From Octopus bimaculoides (taxonomy: Eukaryota): a stretch of DNA of 64,000 nt. The stretch is taken from NCBI RefSeq assembly GCF_001194135.2, contig NC_068992.1, positions 5,138,710-5,202,709 of the forward strand, in the 5' to 3' direction. The translations under genes were made by a program, and so were the position numbers. Each line of letters begins with the position of its first letter. Within the stretch, counting starts at the first letter, position 1. The notes beneath the pieces were generated by a model. That model ran no database searches. It saw only the letters and a program-made list of their open reading frames with translations, and was not told the DNA's origin. Below are positions 1 through 12,520 of the stretch, piece after piece.

Positions 1-2257
1 TATGCAACAAAAATTTTATTCAGAAATTGACTCTTTCCTTCAGAGATGTGATGAGAAAACACGATTAACTTATTGCTGATATATTTACAAAGTGTGATTG
101 TGAAGTAATTTCACATACCACGGCCGACAGATTATTGTGCAGACTAGTGGAAACACAAGCTTCATCACCCTTGTTAATTTAACCATGAATATCCGTCTTG
201 TATTCTTCTTCAAGAAACTGAGACATATTGGTATGCAAGTATTCGTAACGTAGAAGAAGGTCAAACGATCGATTCCTGTATTATGCATATCACAGAGCAA
301 GCAAAATTAATTATCTTCATAAAGCAATAGAACGCGAACTTCAAACGATGTATTTTATGTTTATTTCAAGCGTCAATCACTGTTTAAACCTGCAGTTCAT
401 TGATATATTTCAAGTGCTTCCATTAGTGCTACAACAAAATTAATACGGTTTCGTTTAAAAATTTCAGATAAGTCGAAATACCAGCAGTGTGACATATTCT
501 GAGTTTGCTATTGTTAATGGCCCTGCATTGTTGTACATTTGGAGTTCCATTTGGTGGAACAGAAATGAAACTAATTCATAGCACAAACAAGCCAACAGCG
601 AATGAATTGTCTCTATTCGATCAACCTAAATTCAATGTTTTAATTGTATGAAGATAATCTATTTTTCAAAAATCTTGTCTTCCACGGACGCCAGGATTTT
701 ATAGTTGACGAAAAGAGAGTATGATTCTAGATAAGGCACTCAACTCACGTTAATCTAACAGCAGAACTCGTGAAATGTGACGTCATGTCAGAACTGGCCT
801 TTGAGTAATAAATAAATACCTATGTTTGTGACTTTATAAGTTGGTGTACATAAATTTATTTGAATGTTGGTATTTATTTCTATATCAATGTTACAAAACA
901 ATCATTAAATCAATACAAAAATAAATAATTGATTAATGTATTACAAATATTAATATTGCCAAGTAATTTATGATCAATTAAAACTCTCATTTCCATAAGG
1001 TGATAAAAAATGATAGCTATAATAATCAGTTACTATTGTGTGTCTATTCGTATAAATTTAATTCAGGATAAATATCAGGAAATTATCATAATACACCTTA
1101 GTGTGCGAAACCATTCGAAATCGGTTAGTTATATAATTATAAATTAATATTGTAAAGCGTTAATAGGTTGAGAGTTATTCAGGAAAATTAAATCTGCTGC
1201 AGTAGTAAAACCACATACCGGCCATCTTTAAAGGAACACCGTATTATGAAATATACTTGTACGTACGATACTCATATATTCAAACACTTTTCTGCAGCAC
1301 ACAAGTGATTAAATATCAATTGCGTATAACATTGTGGCTTCGGACAACCGTATGTTAATTTGATAAATATTTCAACTGTTTTCATTATAGACGGAAATGA
1401 AAGAATTACGTATTTCATAAGAAATGGCCTCTCTTAAATGTAGAACGAGTTGTAGTATTCAAATTAGTCCCTCGTTCCGTTAAGTGACCAGTAATTTCTA
1501 ATGAACTGAATTTACAATTTCTTAAAAATCTATGAGTACGGTGACCTACGCAGAGAATAAATAATAATTTTCACTGAATCACATCATTAATTGCCTTAGT
1601 TTGTATATTAAAATCGTAAACAAGATCTATCCCAGCACGAGGTGTGTGTTGATAGTTCCAATGAAATATTTTTTAACCAATGACAGTCATTTGTTTAAAA
1701 CATTAAAAATTAACATATTAAATATTTTCCATCTGGAGACAAATATTTTGCACCTTAACATAGATATCAAACCTGAGATAAATTTAGCACTCCACTGCAT
1801 AATATATATAGCACATAAGATGAACTCATTGATCAACAAATGGAACCTATACAACAGTGATTACTTTTGCTTTAAGACACATAGCGTGTGCATGGTGTTT
1901 GTCGTAGAGGTAAAGAGCAATGTTATAAAACCGACATATGATGCATTTTTGTACATAGAATTACTATTGAAGCTTACCCCGTTTTTAATATCAATGTGGA
2001 TTAAACCGGAGTATTCGCAGAATTTAGGGAAACAAACACAAATTATTTTGGATTTTTGTGCTAGAGAAACTTTCGTTCTACTCCTGAGATCAGATTTGAT
2101 AGTAATTCAAAGAGGCGATAAAAAGACCTACCATTCAAGTAACAAATTAAACTTAATTAGCTGTACGTTCCATGAAAATGTGTATCGTTGTTCTCTTTAC
2201 AATTTTAGAAATCAATAGCAGTCTCGATTATCAAAGATGACTTAGCAGAAAACCTTG

Positions 2258-2490
2258 TTTATTTATTGCCCACAGGGGGCTAAACACAGAAGGGACAAAC
2301 AAGACAGGCTAAGGAATTAAGTCGATTGCATCGATCCAGTGCGTAACTGGTACTTATTTAATCGACTCCGAAAGAATGAAAAACAAAGTCGACCTCGGCG
2401 GAATTTGAAATCAGAACGAAATACCGGCAGACAAAAGACCGCTAAGCGTTTCTTCCGGGGTGCTAAAGATTCTGCCAGCTCGTCGCTCTT
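2258..2490 (-). mobile_element. tRNA-derived SINE, type A (octopus-like), near full length
   Basis: Reverse complement of the body seen at 4889-5098 and 51428-51661 (gtcgacctcggcggaatttga, cagtgcgtaactggtacttatttaatcga, gggacaaacaa). In sense orientation it has a head with A-box-like agctggcagaatctttagc and a B-box-like position. Confidence 0.9.
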
Positions 2491-2884
2491 TCAAAATATT
2501 GTTAGGGAAACGACTAATTCCTTTCACCGATAGAGGGTTAAATAAATTTTACACAATGATATCCGTATTATCAGCATACTCTTTTCTCTAAATGTATTCA
2601 GGTCTGGCGCCTACATTTGAAATTAAAGAAGGGTTGCATTGAAAAAACGGCATGTACGATTTATTTATATTTCATTGCATGCCAAATATATCCTCTAACA
2701 TTCATACATTGTAGGATTCAGTAAAGAACTGCCATAAATTTAGTTGGAGATATTGCTTAAACTTCAAAAATAAATTCAATCCTGTACTCAAACTGGCTCT
2801 GATGTAATGTAATCTAAAGCACCCTTAAACAGCTTTTGTTATGCAATTTCAACTGATAGTTAAATAATATTTATAACTTTGTAT

Positions 2885-3225
2885 CACCTGGACCGCCTGG
2901 ATCGGCCAGGCTTCATGGTACCGTGTCTGCTCCGCTGACCAGAGCATTCGCTCCATTCTCCTCTTTCTTTCGCCATTCTCCTCAACGTTGTTCCAAACAT
3001 TTTTCTTAAATCATCTTCCCACCTCATTGGAGGTCTTCCGACAGATCCTATTTCGCTGGTGCGGGTACCACTCGACAACTGCACGGGTCCATCGATTGCT
3101 CGTGAACCTTGCGACGTGACCGACCCATTATAGCTTCACTCCAGTTCTATCTCTGACCTAGTTCCGGGTGTGGTCTATTAGTGAAATTCCCAACATCGAC
3201 TTTTACATGGCTCTCTGATCCGTAA
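2885..3225 (-). mobile_element. RTE-clade-like LINE, 3' end of ORF2 (decayed)
   Basis: Minus strand translates WVGHVARFTSNRWTRAVVEWYP, then after a frameshift SVGRPPMRWEDDLRK. This matches the conserved post-RT C-terminus of RTE-type LINEs (W.GH..R...RW......W.P...R..GRP..RW.DD). Confidence 0.8.
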
Positions 3226-4784
3226 GAAGATGCTAGATATTATATTTACTCTAACGCAGTTGCTGGAACGAGCAATCATTATGAGTAAGCCTTCGAAAGG
3301 GTCAAAATCAACACAGTACTGCAAGCTGTCAGGAAACAATGTGAGGTCGACCTAGTACGCCGCCCTCCTTTAGGAATCAAACAGCGGGTACACAATGAAT
3401 GTGGACCTGTTATCCTTTCCACTGAATGTTCCTGTGGAGATGGTTGTCAAGATTGTGTCTCAAGATGTTCATACGCGACAAGATTTATATGATTGATGAA
3501 AAATTAGTAATTAGAATATTGAACATTTAGGAGGGAGGTTATATTATACCCCCTTCATTGTAACAACTTGTAATTCTCTTTCAGGCTGAAGAATGATTCG
3601 ACAGGCAGTTTCAATCAATCAGTAGTCTATTTCACAATTCATCCCTATTTTTGAGGGCCTGTAAAGAAGGATGAGCTCCACACGCATTTGACTAGTTTAT
3701 ATGTTATACAAAAGTATATATAATTTTATTTATCTTACAAAATAATTAAAATATTAACTATATTATTCAACATGTTTTCGTCACATTTTTACGCCTGGAA
3801 TATACATGGTGAATTACTATTTAAATTCTACGGCAGTTTTAATTGGATCCAAGAAGATCTCCCTCATTCCGCAGCATTGTTTCCACAAAATTTTTGCCAC
3901 TACCTAATGAATATGACGAGAAGAAGTGACATCAATGTTTCTCAATAAAAAAGAAAATACAACAAATCATTACAGAGAATCTGTTTGTCCGTGGTGAAAT
4001 TATTGATAGAAAGAGAAAGTTTGCACACGAGGCACGATTCACAGACTGTAATCAGATCAATACATTGGACTAACAGATACTGACTACAGAAGAGGTTGAG
4101 GTGACCTGGACATGCATTTGGTATTCGTTTACTGACGCATAGAGAAAGAGGAGTAAAGAAGTCTGCGTATTAATGGAATATTTATTTACGACACTGTTAC
4201 ATGTAAATAATATTTACTCTTACGTAAATATATATTGTATATAAACGTATGTGATATATCAATAGATTTCTTTTGCAAGAAATGAGAATATAAAATTATT
4301 CGTTGTTTATTTGATGAATATTTTACCATTTGTTTTGATAGGGTTGCTCTTAGGACAGCATGCAGTAAAATCTTCCGTCAATGAATGCATCGTTTTCATC
4401 ATAAAATACATAGAAATAAAGTAGCAAGTATACTATTTGTCGCCCATTTATTTACTACATCGGTTCTATTGTCATTTACCTTGTAGATACAATGTGCATG
4501 AAAAGCATCTTAGTAAAAATAAGCTTTAAGGCATAAGGCGAATGATCTCAGCTAAAATATGTAGGACATTGAAGTTCACACATTAAAATCATAGGTAAAC
4601 AAAGACGGTTTCATTAGATTGTCGCCATTATTGCTGGCAATGATCCTCTTGTATGTATCAGATGTATGTATAAAGAGATGGAGTCATCGTAGAGAATTTT
4701 TTAATGAATATATTCCAAAATTACGTCACTGTATGTATTAATGCCCAGCTCAGTGAAAAGAAGTCTGTACCGCACATACTTGAC

Positions 4785-4885
4785 GGCTGGTTCAGTGGCA
4801 ACTTGGACAAATATATGTTATTATAGTGCCCGTCGGAACAAACACTTGTGAGTGGATTTGGCAGACAGAAACACAAAAAAAACGC
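4785..4885 (+). mobile_element. SINE type B internal fragment, interrupted by a type A SINE
   Basis: cttgtgagtggatttggcagacagaaac matches the motif at 19745-19775 (gtgagtggatatggtagacggaacc) and the reverse complement at 43810-43830. Confidence 0.7.
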
Positions 4886-4888
4886 AAA

Positions 4889-5098
4889 GCGCCGAGCTGG
4901 CAGACACGTCAGCACACCGGTATTTCGTCTGCCGCTACATTCTGCGTTCAAATTCCGCCGAGGTCGACTTTGCCTTTCATCATTTCGGGGTCGATAAATT
5001 AATTACCAGTTACGCACTGGGGTCGAGGTAATCGACTTAATCCCTTTGTCTGTCCTTGTTTGTCCCCTCTATGTCTAGCACCTTATGGTCAATAAAGA
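4889..5098 (+). mobile_element. tRNA-derived SINE, type A
   Basis: Head gccgagctggcagacacgtcagc, B-box-like gttcaaattcc, body gaggtcgactttgcctttcat...ccagttacgcactggggtcg, tail aataaagaa. Confidence 0.9.
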
Positions 5099-5132
5099 AG
5101 TAAGAAACATAAAGAAACTCATATATTTATAT

Positions 5133-5170
<38 letters not shown>

Positions 5171-5930
5171 NNNNNNNNNNNNNNNNNNNNNNNNNNNNNN
5201 NNNNNNNNNNNNNNNNNNNNNNNNNNNNNNNNNNNNNNNNNNNNNNNNNNNNNNNNNNNNNNNNNNNNNNNNNNNNNNNNNNNNNNNNNNNNNNNNNNNN
5301 NNNNNNNNNNNNNNNNNNNNNNNNNNNNNNNNNNNNNNNNNNNNNNNNNNNNNNNNNNNNNNNNNNNNNNNNNNNNNNNNNNNNNNNNNNNNNNNNNNNN
5401 NNNNNNNNNNNNNNNNNNNNNNNNNNNNNNNNNNNNNNNNNNNNNNNNNNNNNNNNNNNNNNNNNNNNNNNNNNNNNNNNNNNNNNNNNNNNNNNNNNNN
5501 NNNNNNNNNNNNNNNNNNNNNNNNNNNNNNNNNNNNNNNNNNNNNNNNNNNNNNNNNNNNNNNNNNNNNNNNNNNNNNNNNNNNNNNNNNNNNNNNNNNN
5601 NNNNNNNNNNNNNNNNNNNNNNNNNNNNNNNNNNNNNNNNNNNNNNNNNNNNNNNNNNNNNNNNNNNNNNNNNNNNNNNNNNNNNNNNNNNNNNNNNNNN
5701 NNNNNNNNNNNNNNNNNNNNNNNNNNNNNNNNNNNNNNNNNNNNNNNNNNNNNNNNNNNNNNNNNNNNNNNNNNNNNNNNNNNNNNNNNNNNNNNNNNNN
5801 NNNNNNNNNNNNNNNNNNNNNNNNNNNNNNNNNNNNNNNNNNNNNNNNNNNNNNNNNNNNNNNNNNNNNNNNNNNNNNNNNNNNNNNNNNNNNNNNNNNN
5901 NNNNNNNNNNNNNNNNNNNNNNNNNNNNNN
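5171..5930. other. Assembly gap (760 N) between (TA)n tracts
   Basis: N run. Other gaps: 8525-8606, 19819-20358, 27175-27313, 38888-39276, 40445-40745, 54625-55337, 57516-57650, 58456-58796, 62961-63616. Confidence 1.
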
Positions 5931-6339
5931 ATATAGTTATATGGAGAAAAAACCTCTGGAATTGTATTCAAATATTTTGAAAAAGTATGCGATTCTTATG
6001 AATATATATATGTGCGTGTACTAGTATTACAAAATTCATGTTTTTGTAAAAAAATAAATGCCTGTAAAACCTTCTGTGAACATACAATTCAATCTGTGCT
6101 GATGGATGATTTCACTGTCTCCATTGAATACAAAAGAATATTTCTTCAACTTATGTTACTGTCGAAAGATATTTTCATAACTTATTTTAAAATGCACTTA
6201 CATAAGACATATATACATAAAACATATATACATATATACAATATTTACATATGTGTATATACGTCTGCTTATATATTCATCATATATACTCACACACACG
6301 TACACATAAATACGAATATTAATATATACATATTGCTAT

Positions 6340-6515
<176 letters not shown>

Positions 6516-7171
6516 ATCTATACGTATACTGTTATGCTCTTAATACTAAAACGCCAACTATACATATCCGCTAATATTTGATTTGATAGAAAATATCTTT
6601 GTTATCTAACATAATTCTGGGCAACAGAGGTTTCATAATCTTAGCAAATATTGCATTTGGCGAAGTACCACATTTTTTCATTATTGGAATTGTTTTGTTG
6701 ACTGATTTTTATCTCACTGTGTTAGTGAAAGCGAGTTGCTCTAATACTTTTAGATATGTAATGTTGATTATTTTGTTATTGGCAAAGTAGGATGATGAGA
6801 ATCACTATAGAACAACCACCAAAATGTTAGATGTTTTATTTGAAATAGAACATATAATGTACTTCCTAGCAAACAATGTAATTCCAGTATTGTAAATAGC
6901 TTTTTCCAAATTATAGACTTGCCATATTTGACTATCCAGAATTATTCAAATTCGTATACGAATAATATTTCTAAATTCCCTACTTACGTCAATCACATGA
7001 GGTCATTTACAATAGTATCACACATTACATCAACGACGAATTGCAACGTCTCCGCAGCAGAGATACTGAAACTGATGGTTAAGTCGCCTTCACTGAGCCT
7101 CATTTATTTGTCTGCTGCTATATTCAAAATAAATTGCACTCATATTATCTAAGATTATCTATTTTTCTTCA

Positions 7172-7247
7172 TGTGATTGTTGGACACCCAAAAAGTAATA
7201 CCCGTCCAAGGGTGAAATAGCTACAGTATACCCTCATAAATAAATAA

Positions 7248-7301
<54 letters not shown>

Positions 7302-7402
7302 TTATTTATCTATTTATTTATTTATTTATGAGGTTACACTGTAGCTCTTTCACCCTTGGACGGGTATTACTTTTTGGTCCAGCAGGGTGTCCAACAATCA
7401 CA
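7172..7402. repeat. Inverted repeat (about 80-90 bp arms) around a (TAAA)n-(TA)n-(TTTA)n core
   Basis: The left arm 7172-7250 is the reverse complement of about 7311-7402, apart from 3 substitutions and a 9-bp deletion (tgctggacc). Confidence 0.95.
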
Positions 7403-7512
7403 CTTCTTACGAAGCTCGCCTGGTGGGGTTGCTTGCTTACTCGCCGACGACCCGACTATGTAACAGGTTTACTGGATTACATGTTACCAGTGGCTCTCAA
7501 GCGTGACCTGGC
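7311..7512 (-). mobile_element. Unclassified retroposon-like repeat with (TAAA)n tail
   Basis: GC-richer 200-bp body ending, on the minus strand, in cctcataaataaataaa. A second, 5'-truncated copy lies at 7172-7250. Confidence 0.55.
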
Positions 7513-7565
7513 ATATGTATACGCACACACATACATACATACATGCACAAATACATACATACATG

Positions 7566-7602
<37 letters not shown>

Positions 7603-8384
7603 AAAACAAGACAGAGGTAGAAACTGTTAAATTAATTTTATCATGAAGAATATTTTTAGAAAAATAATGGAACGCTTCGAGAATTTGCGTGCGTTTGTAT
7701 GTATATGTGTGTGTATGAAAATATGAGTATTATATTTAGTAAGAATATCTTTGTTTCTGACGAACTGCATTTGTAAATGACATACTAAACGGCATAACTA
7801 TCTTAAATGTGCGTTTATCCCCAGCAAAGTTGGATATGTCGCAATTTATGTTGTATTGTTTCAAATTGTATCGCCTCGAGATTCAAAGAAAAATCAAATC
7901 GAGTATAAGATAATCTAATATAATTGTCGCTTATCATGTATGATGATTTTCCCCTGATACAGATTTTTTATTGGTGTATAAATCGATATCGTACCGAATG
8001 TACACATGATTTGGATGAATTTGTGAGCTTACAAATAAAATTTCCTTCTTCATATATAAATCTAGTAACATTTTTTAGCACATTAGTGAGATATGTCTGA
8101 GGAATAATCTTATTCATCATCGTCTGTCAGTAATGCAAGTACATTGATGTTCTGTGGCAATATAACTTATTTCTTATTTTTCGACATAAGACGTATTTGT
8201 ATTTTGTTTATTCTTCTGCATGTCGGTGCTCGCTCGAATATCGACGGACAAGTTGAACGAAATTATGTTTACCTTCCTATTTCAGCTATTCTGTGAATGA
8301 AAGTATATTTAATATTCAACTTAAAGCTTCGCACTGGCGGTTTATTATAGAAAAAATAATTTTGTAAGACAAGAACTTTGTTTT

Positions 8385-8470
8385 CGAACTACATAATACC
8401 GGGGTTCAGTCTCATTACGTGGAAAATTGGGCAAGTGTCTTGTAGTACAGCACTGGTTAGACCAAATCAA
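8385..8470 (+). mobile_element. SINE type B 5' fragment (degenerate)
   Basis: ggggttcagtctcattacgtgg...tgggcaagtgtctt...gaccaaa resembles the reverse complement of 43840-43900. The B-box-like gggttcagtc is present. Confidence 0.55.
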
Positions 8471-11400
8471 AATTTTGTCAGTTGTTTTGCTAGAAAGAAG
8501 GTAATAATTACTGGCTATATATATNNNNNNNNNNNNNNNNNNNNNNNNNNNNNNNNNNNNNNNNNNNNNNNNNNNNNNNNNNNNNNNNNNNNNNNNNNNN
8601 NNNNNNATATATATATATATATATAATCTACCGCAGTTGTGGGGATCAATTTGATCTTTGCCTAAGATGCATCCGCCGCAATAGTTATTCACATCACAAT
8701 TGTCATTGATGTGTTAGAGAAACGCGAACGAAGCAAACACTTGGTTTTGGCAAAGCATTTATAGCGTGTAGATGAATGAGTTTCCAAGACTGCTGTGTTG
8801 GAATATGATAGATCCATACTCATCCGGCAATGAAATAAAGACACCAATTGTTAGGCACTTCCCAGATGACAGTTATGCTATAAATATAGAAATACAAGGA
8901 AAGCATCGCAAGCTTTTGCTTTTTCCGTAAAATTTCACTTGCCACCAGCATTCTGTTTATACGTAGAGTAGTAGACTTTTCCAGTATATGGAATCGAACG
9001 AAAGTCATTATTCTTTTTCATGGATAGATGAATCAATGTGATGGAGAAGATTGATGCTAATGACTGACTCAATCAATATTGATATACTGGCAGTAATTGC
9101 AATAGATGACTACATCCGCTAGTTATATTGACTCATCGTCATTGAAATAGAAAGCATTACAGTCTCTTATAAGGTATTATAAATTATTTCACAGTTAAGA
9201 GCAAGTTAGAGTGAGAGAGAATGATTGAAATGTTTGGAGACGATAAATTATAGATTCAAGTTATGTGTAAATGCAGGTTTGATATTCGCGGGGATTTTCC
9301 CACCCTTACTGTGGTGAATGTGCTCTTAGTTGTGAAACTAGGTGAGAAGTGTAAGTAATACCACGACATGCGATTTATCTGGTATTGCCTGAGTGCATTT
9401 AAATGGGATATAGACAATAGATGTTGCAGTGGATGTTCGGAAAATCTGTTTACATATTTTCAATAATTATTTAGTTTAGGATTGGTTCAAACATTTCTGT
9501 GTATAAATGAAGAATTACATCTAGCAAATTTACTAATTTATCACGCTTTCAGCTATACATAACCTTACGTTTTAAAGAAGTTATTTAGTTTTCTGTTTCT
9601 ATATGTTTCCTTTTCCACTACAATTTTCTACCAGTAAAAAGCCTAAAATTTTGAAGCAACAGACATGTTCTGTTGAGGCACCAAGATCTTTACAGAAGCA
9701 ATCTGAAGAGCGCTTATTTTTACTTAATCATAGTAAACTGCGAAACTTGCATCGGGCGAGTGTTGCTTAGATTGTAGATAGATTATCGATTATGCTCTTC
9801 CTATTTTAATACACTGCTTTGCATAATGTGGTATATTTTCTGTTTTCGATAATCATCGGCAGTATCAGAAACTGGCAATAAAATACAAAAGAAGTGGCAT
9901 TGGGGAAATGGAAACAAATATCATTTCTGTAGTGGAGATAATTATATACTCTGATTTGTTTGGGGAATAAAGTGATACTGATCACAATATCATGTACGCC
10001 TTCTTTGAAAGTTTGTGTTTCAAAACATATATTACGGATTTAAGGTTTTTTTTTATGAAGTGTTACACGACGTAATATATATCAGCAGAAGAGTTGAATT
10101 TATGAAACCACTGAATAAAAGAATCATCTCTATTAGTGTGAGTGCCATGCTGTTTGCAATCCTTAACAAAATTGCGATAGCAATCCTAAACTGAGGAAGA
10201 ATCTCGTCAAATGAAAGATTTGTGTGATTGACAGTTATTCAATTGCGTATATTTTAAATAATTGTGCCGGGCAATGCGAAGTATTTTGCGTATGTGATCA
10301 TCACAGTGATCGAGGGGTCTCTGCCTTGGTACTGTAGACGTAAACTTATTCAGTGGGTGCGATTAAGATGTGCTGACATCAACGATTTATCTTTTTTAAT
10401 TCCATGTTTGATGAAAACGTTTCTTTGGAGTGGGGGGGGGGTGTAATGTAATCTTTTCTGTACTTGGCTACACTGAACGAACGATTTCTTTCGGTGAAAA
10501 TGATAGGAGTGGAACCCTGCTTAGCTCCTTACCAAGAAGATATATCCTATTTGAAAGATCGAAATATTTCCTGAGTTTCTCTTAAAGATTATTGGTTTCT
10601 ATGTAACAAGAAATTACGAAGCATATCTACACAGAAGGGTTTGAAAACATCTTATATTTAACGCGATATACATTAGAGAGAAACATTTTGGTGATCATCA
10701 AATATTCTTCTAGCAAATTTTATTTTGACCTCTTATTATAAATACTGATTAAATCGTTTCCATGAAGCAATGCATAAATCTGCATACACATATAGCACCA
10801 TCAAATCCGTTTTCTACAACAAATAGTTTAACTTCTGAATACATATTGCCATATATTATTACAAATGAATGTCATGTGAACACTTATAAGTTAATCTTTC
10901 TGTAAGAGTAATTTCTGACAAGACACTCTGTTGGGAAGTTAATAAAAATGTCTAAATAAGTTTTGTATGTCTCAGAATAATGCCAAATTTATTTCCTTGT
11001 GACGTAATAAAAGCATTGTCTAGACTCTGTGATTATCTACATATATTTTCGTTGATATTGCACTAAAATTTCCTACAGTCTAATAAAGTATATAATTGAT
11101 TTTTCCAAAATTGTCTGAATATTTCTAATGGCAATATGCGTTACGTAAGTGGAATTTAGAGTTGCATTCACACAGTTAAATATAGTGTCACATTTGGTAG
11201 TTGAGAAATGATGAAACAGTTAAGCTAATGAATGCAATCCTGATATACTATCAGGGAAGGAAGAGAATGAAATATTCAAATTTTATAATGAGCCAATTAT
11301 TCTTTTTATCATTAATCGTATGGCTCCAGTTATTAGAAAGAGGAATATTCAAGTAATTTAGAATTTTTTCTTGAATCTCAATTTGTGTCGAAAGTTACTG

Positions 11401-11689
11401 TAATTAAGAAGATCACATTTGCAGAAAATTATATTGCATTTTAACTATTGTGAAGTTATCAATGATTGTAATACAACAACTGAAGTGTATTCAGCTGAAA
11501 ATGGGAATCTCATCGCATATTCAAGATTATTCTAAAGCTAATAACGACACTGATGAATATTAAATTTTTATTCCAGCTATCAAGGGAGACTTTACTCGGT
11601 TAACCAGCATGCACGCTTGAGTGATCAGAGAAATTTCAGTTACAATGTACAAATGGACTTAAAAATCCCAAGGCAAACTTACTCACTCA

Positions 11690-11863
11690 CACATACATTC
11701 CGTGCATACAGAAGCACACACCCATATAGTCGCTCACATATACACTCCGTGCATACATAAACACACGCACACATGCATATATATATGTGTGTATATGTAT
11801 GTGTATGTATATATATATATTATATATATATTTATACATATCTGTACACACACACATACATAC

Positions 11864-11940
<77 letters not shown>

Positions 11941-11960
11941 TTCATGTGTGTATATATGTG
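11690..11960. repeat. Compound (CA)n/(TA)n/(GA)n/(GATA)n microsatellite
   Basis: Direct repeats. Confidence 0.95.
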
Positions 11961-12179
11961 TAGTCCGTTAGCAAGTCTCCGTTCGACAAAGAAGCATTAT
12001 GCGAACCAAAATAATTCTTTATAGCTCCTTGAATGTCGCTGTCTTCTAAGAGACGAAAATACTGTCATTTAACCTCGGGAAATATCTCCTCCAGGTTTTT
12101 TTAGTGCAGTTCGTTCACGCGATATTTAGTGCAAACGAGAGATAACTCTTGCCACCCTAATCTCAAGACCACCAGGTTG

Positions 12180-12520
12180 TCGTGAAGCCAGCGTGGCATC
12201 ATCGGTCGGCGGAATCTTCTGGACCTTTTGAGTTTGAGAATCACCAAAATTTTGACAAAACCTAATGCGATATCTTTGGTTGATACGTTCGATGAAACCG
12301 AAAATACAATGAGCGTGCGCTACTGTCTGTATTCTAGGCATGTCAACTGGGAACTGATACGGTGAAACGGCGCAAAAATCTTCTAGTCTGCACAGGAAGA
12401 ATTTCATCTGCTCCCACCTTAGGTATTTTCTCCATGCAGCATTATATTTAACGGAAAAAAATGTTTACTGGAATGACTACAAAACAAGTGATGTCTTGAA
12501 ATATATTTTGATCTTCCACA
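12180..12520 (-). mobile_element. Mariner relic (5' end, transposase N-terminus)
   Basis: Minus strand reads RINQRYRIRFCQNFGDSQTQKVQKI, resembling mariner N-termini (QR..IKFC.KLGDS..ETI.KI). A TIR-like end followed by TA lies at 12521-12522. Confidence 0.6.

Noticed and set aside
100-330. Ig-like-looking peptides (YHGRQIIVQTSGNTSFITLVNLT; ETETYWY)
   Set aside because: Two short frames of about 50 codons each, wrong spacing for an Ig fold, no conserved Cys and no clear splice sites.
1601-2218. 205-aa ORF
   Set aside because: TTG start, very AT-rich low-information composition, no recognisable motif and no splice support.
3260-3490. Cys-rich peptide (ECSCGDGCQDCVSRC) after an acceptor-like site
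   Set aside because: Stops occur in every frame soon after the acceptor. The region adjoins the RTE relic and may be decayed LINE sequence.
11577-11675. Exon-like YQGRLYSVNQHARLSDQRNFSYNVQMDLKIP
   Set aside because: No canonical donor, the frame runs into a microsatellite, and no family is recognised.
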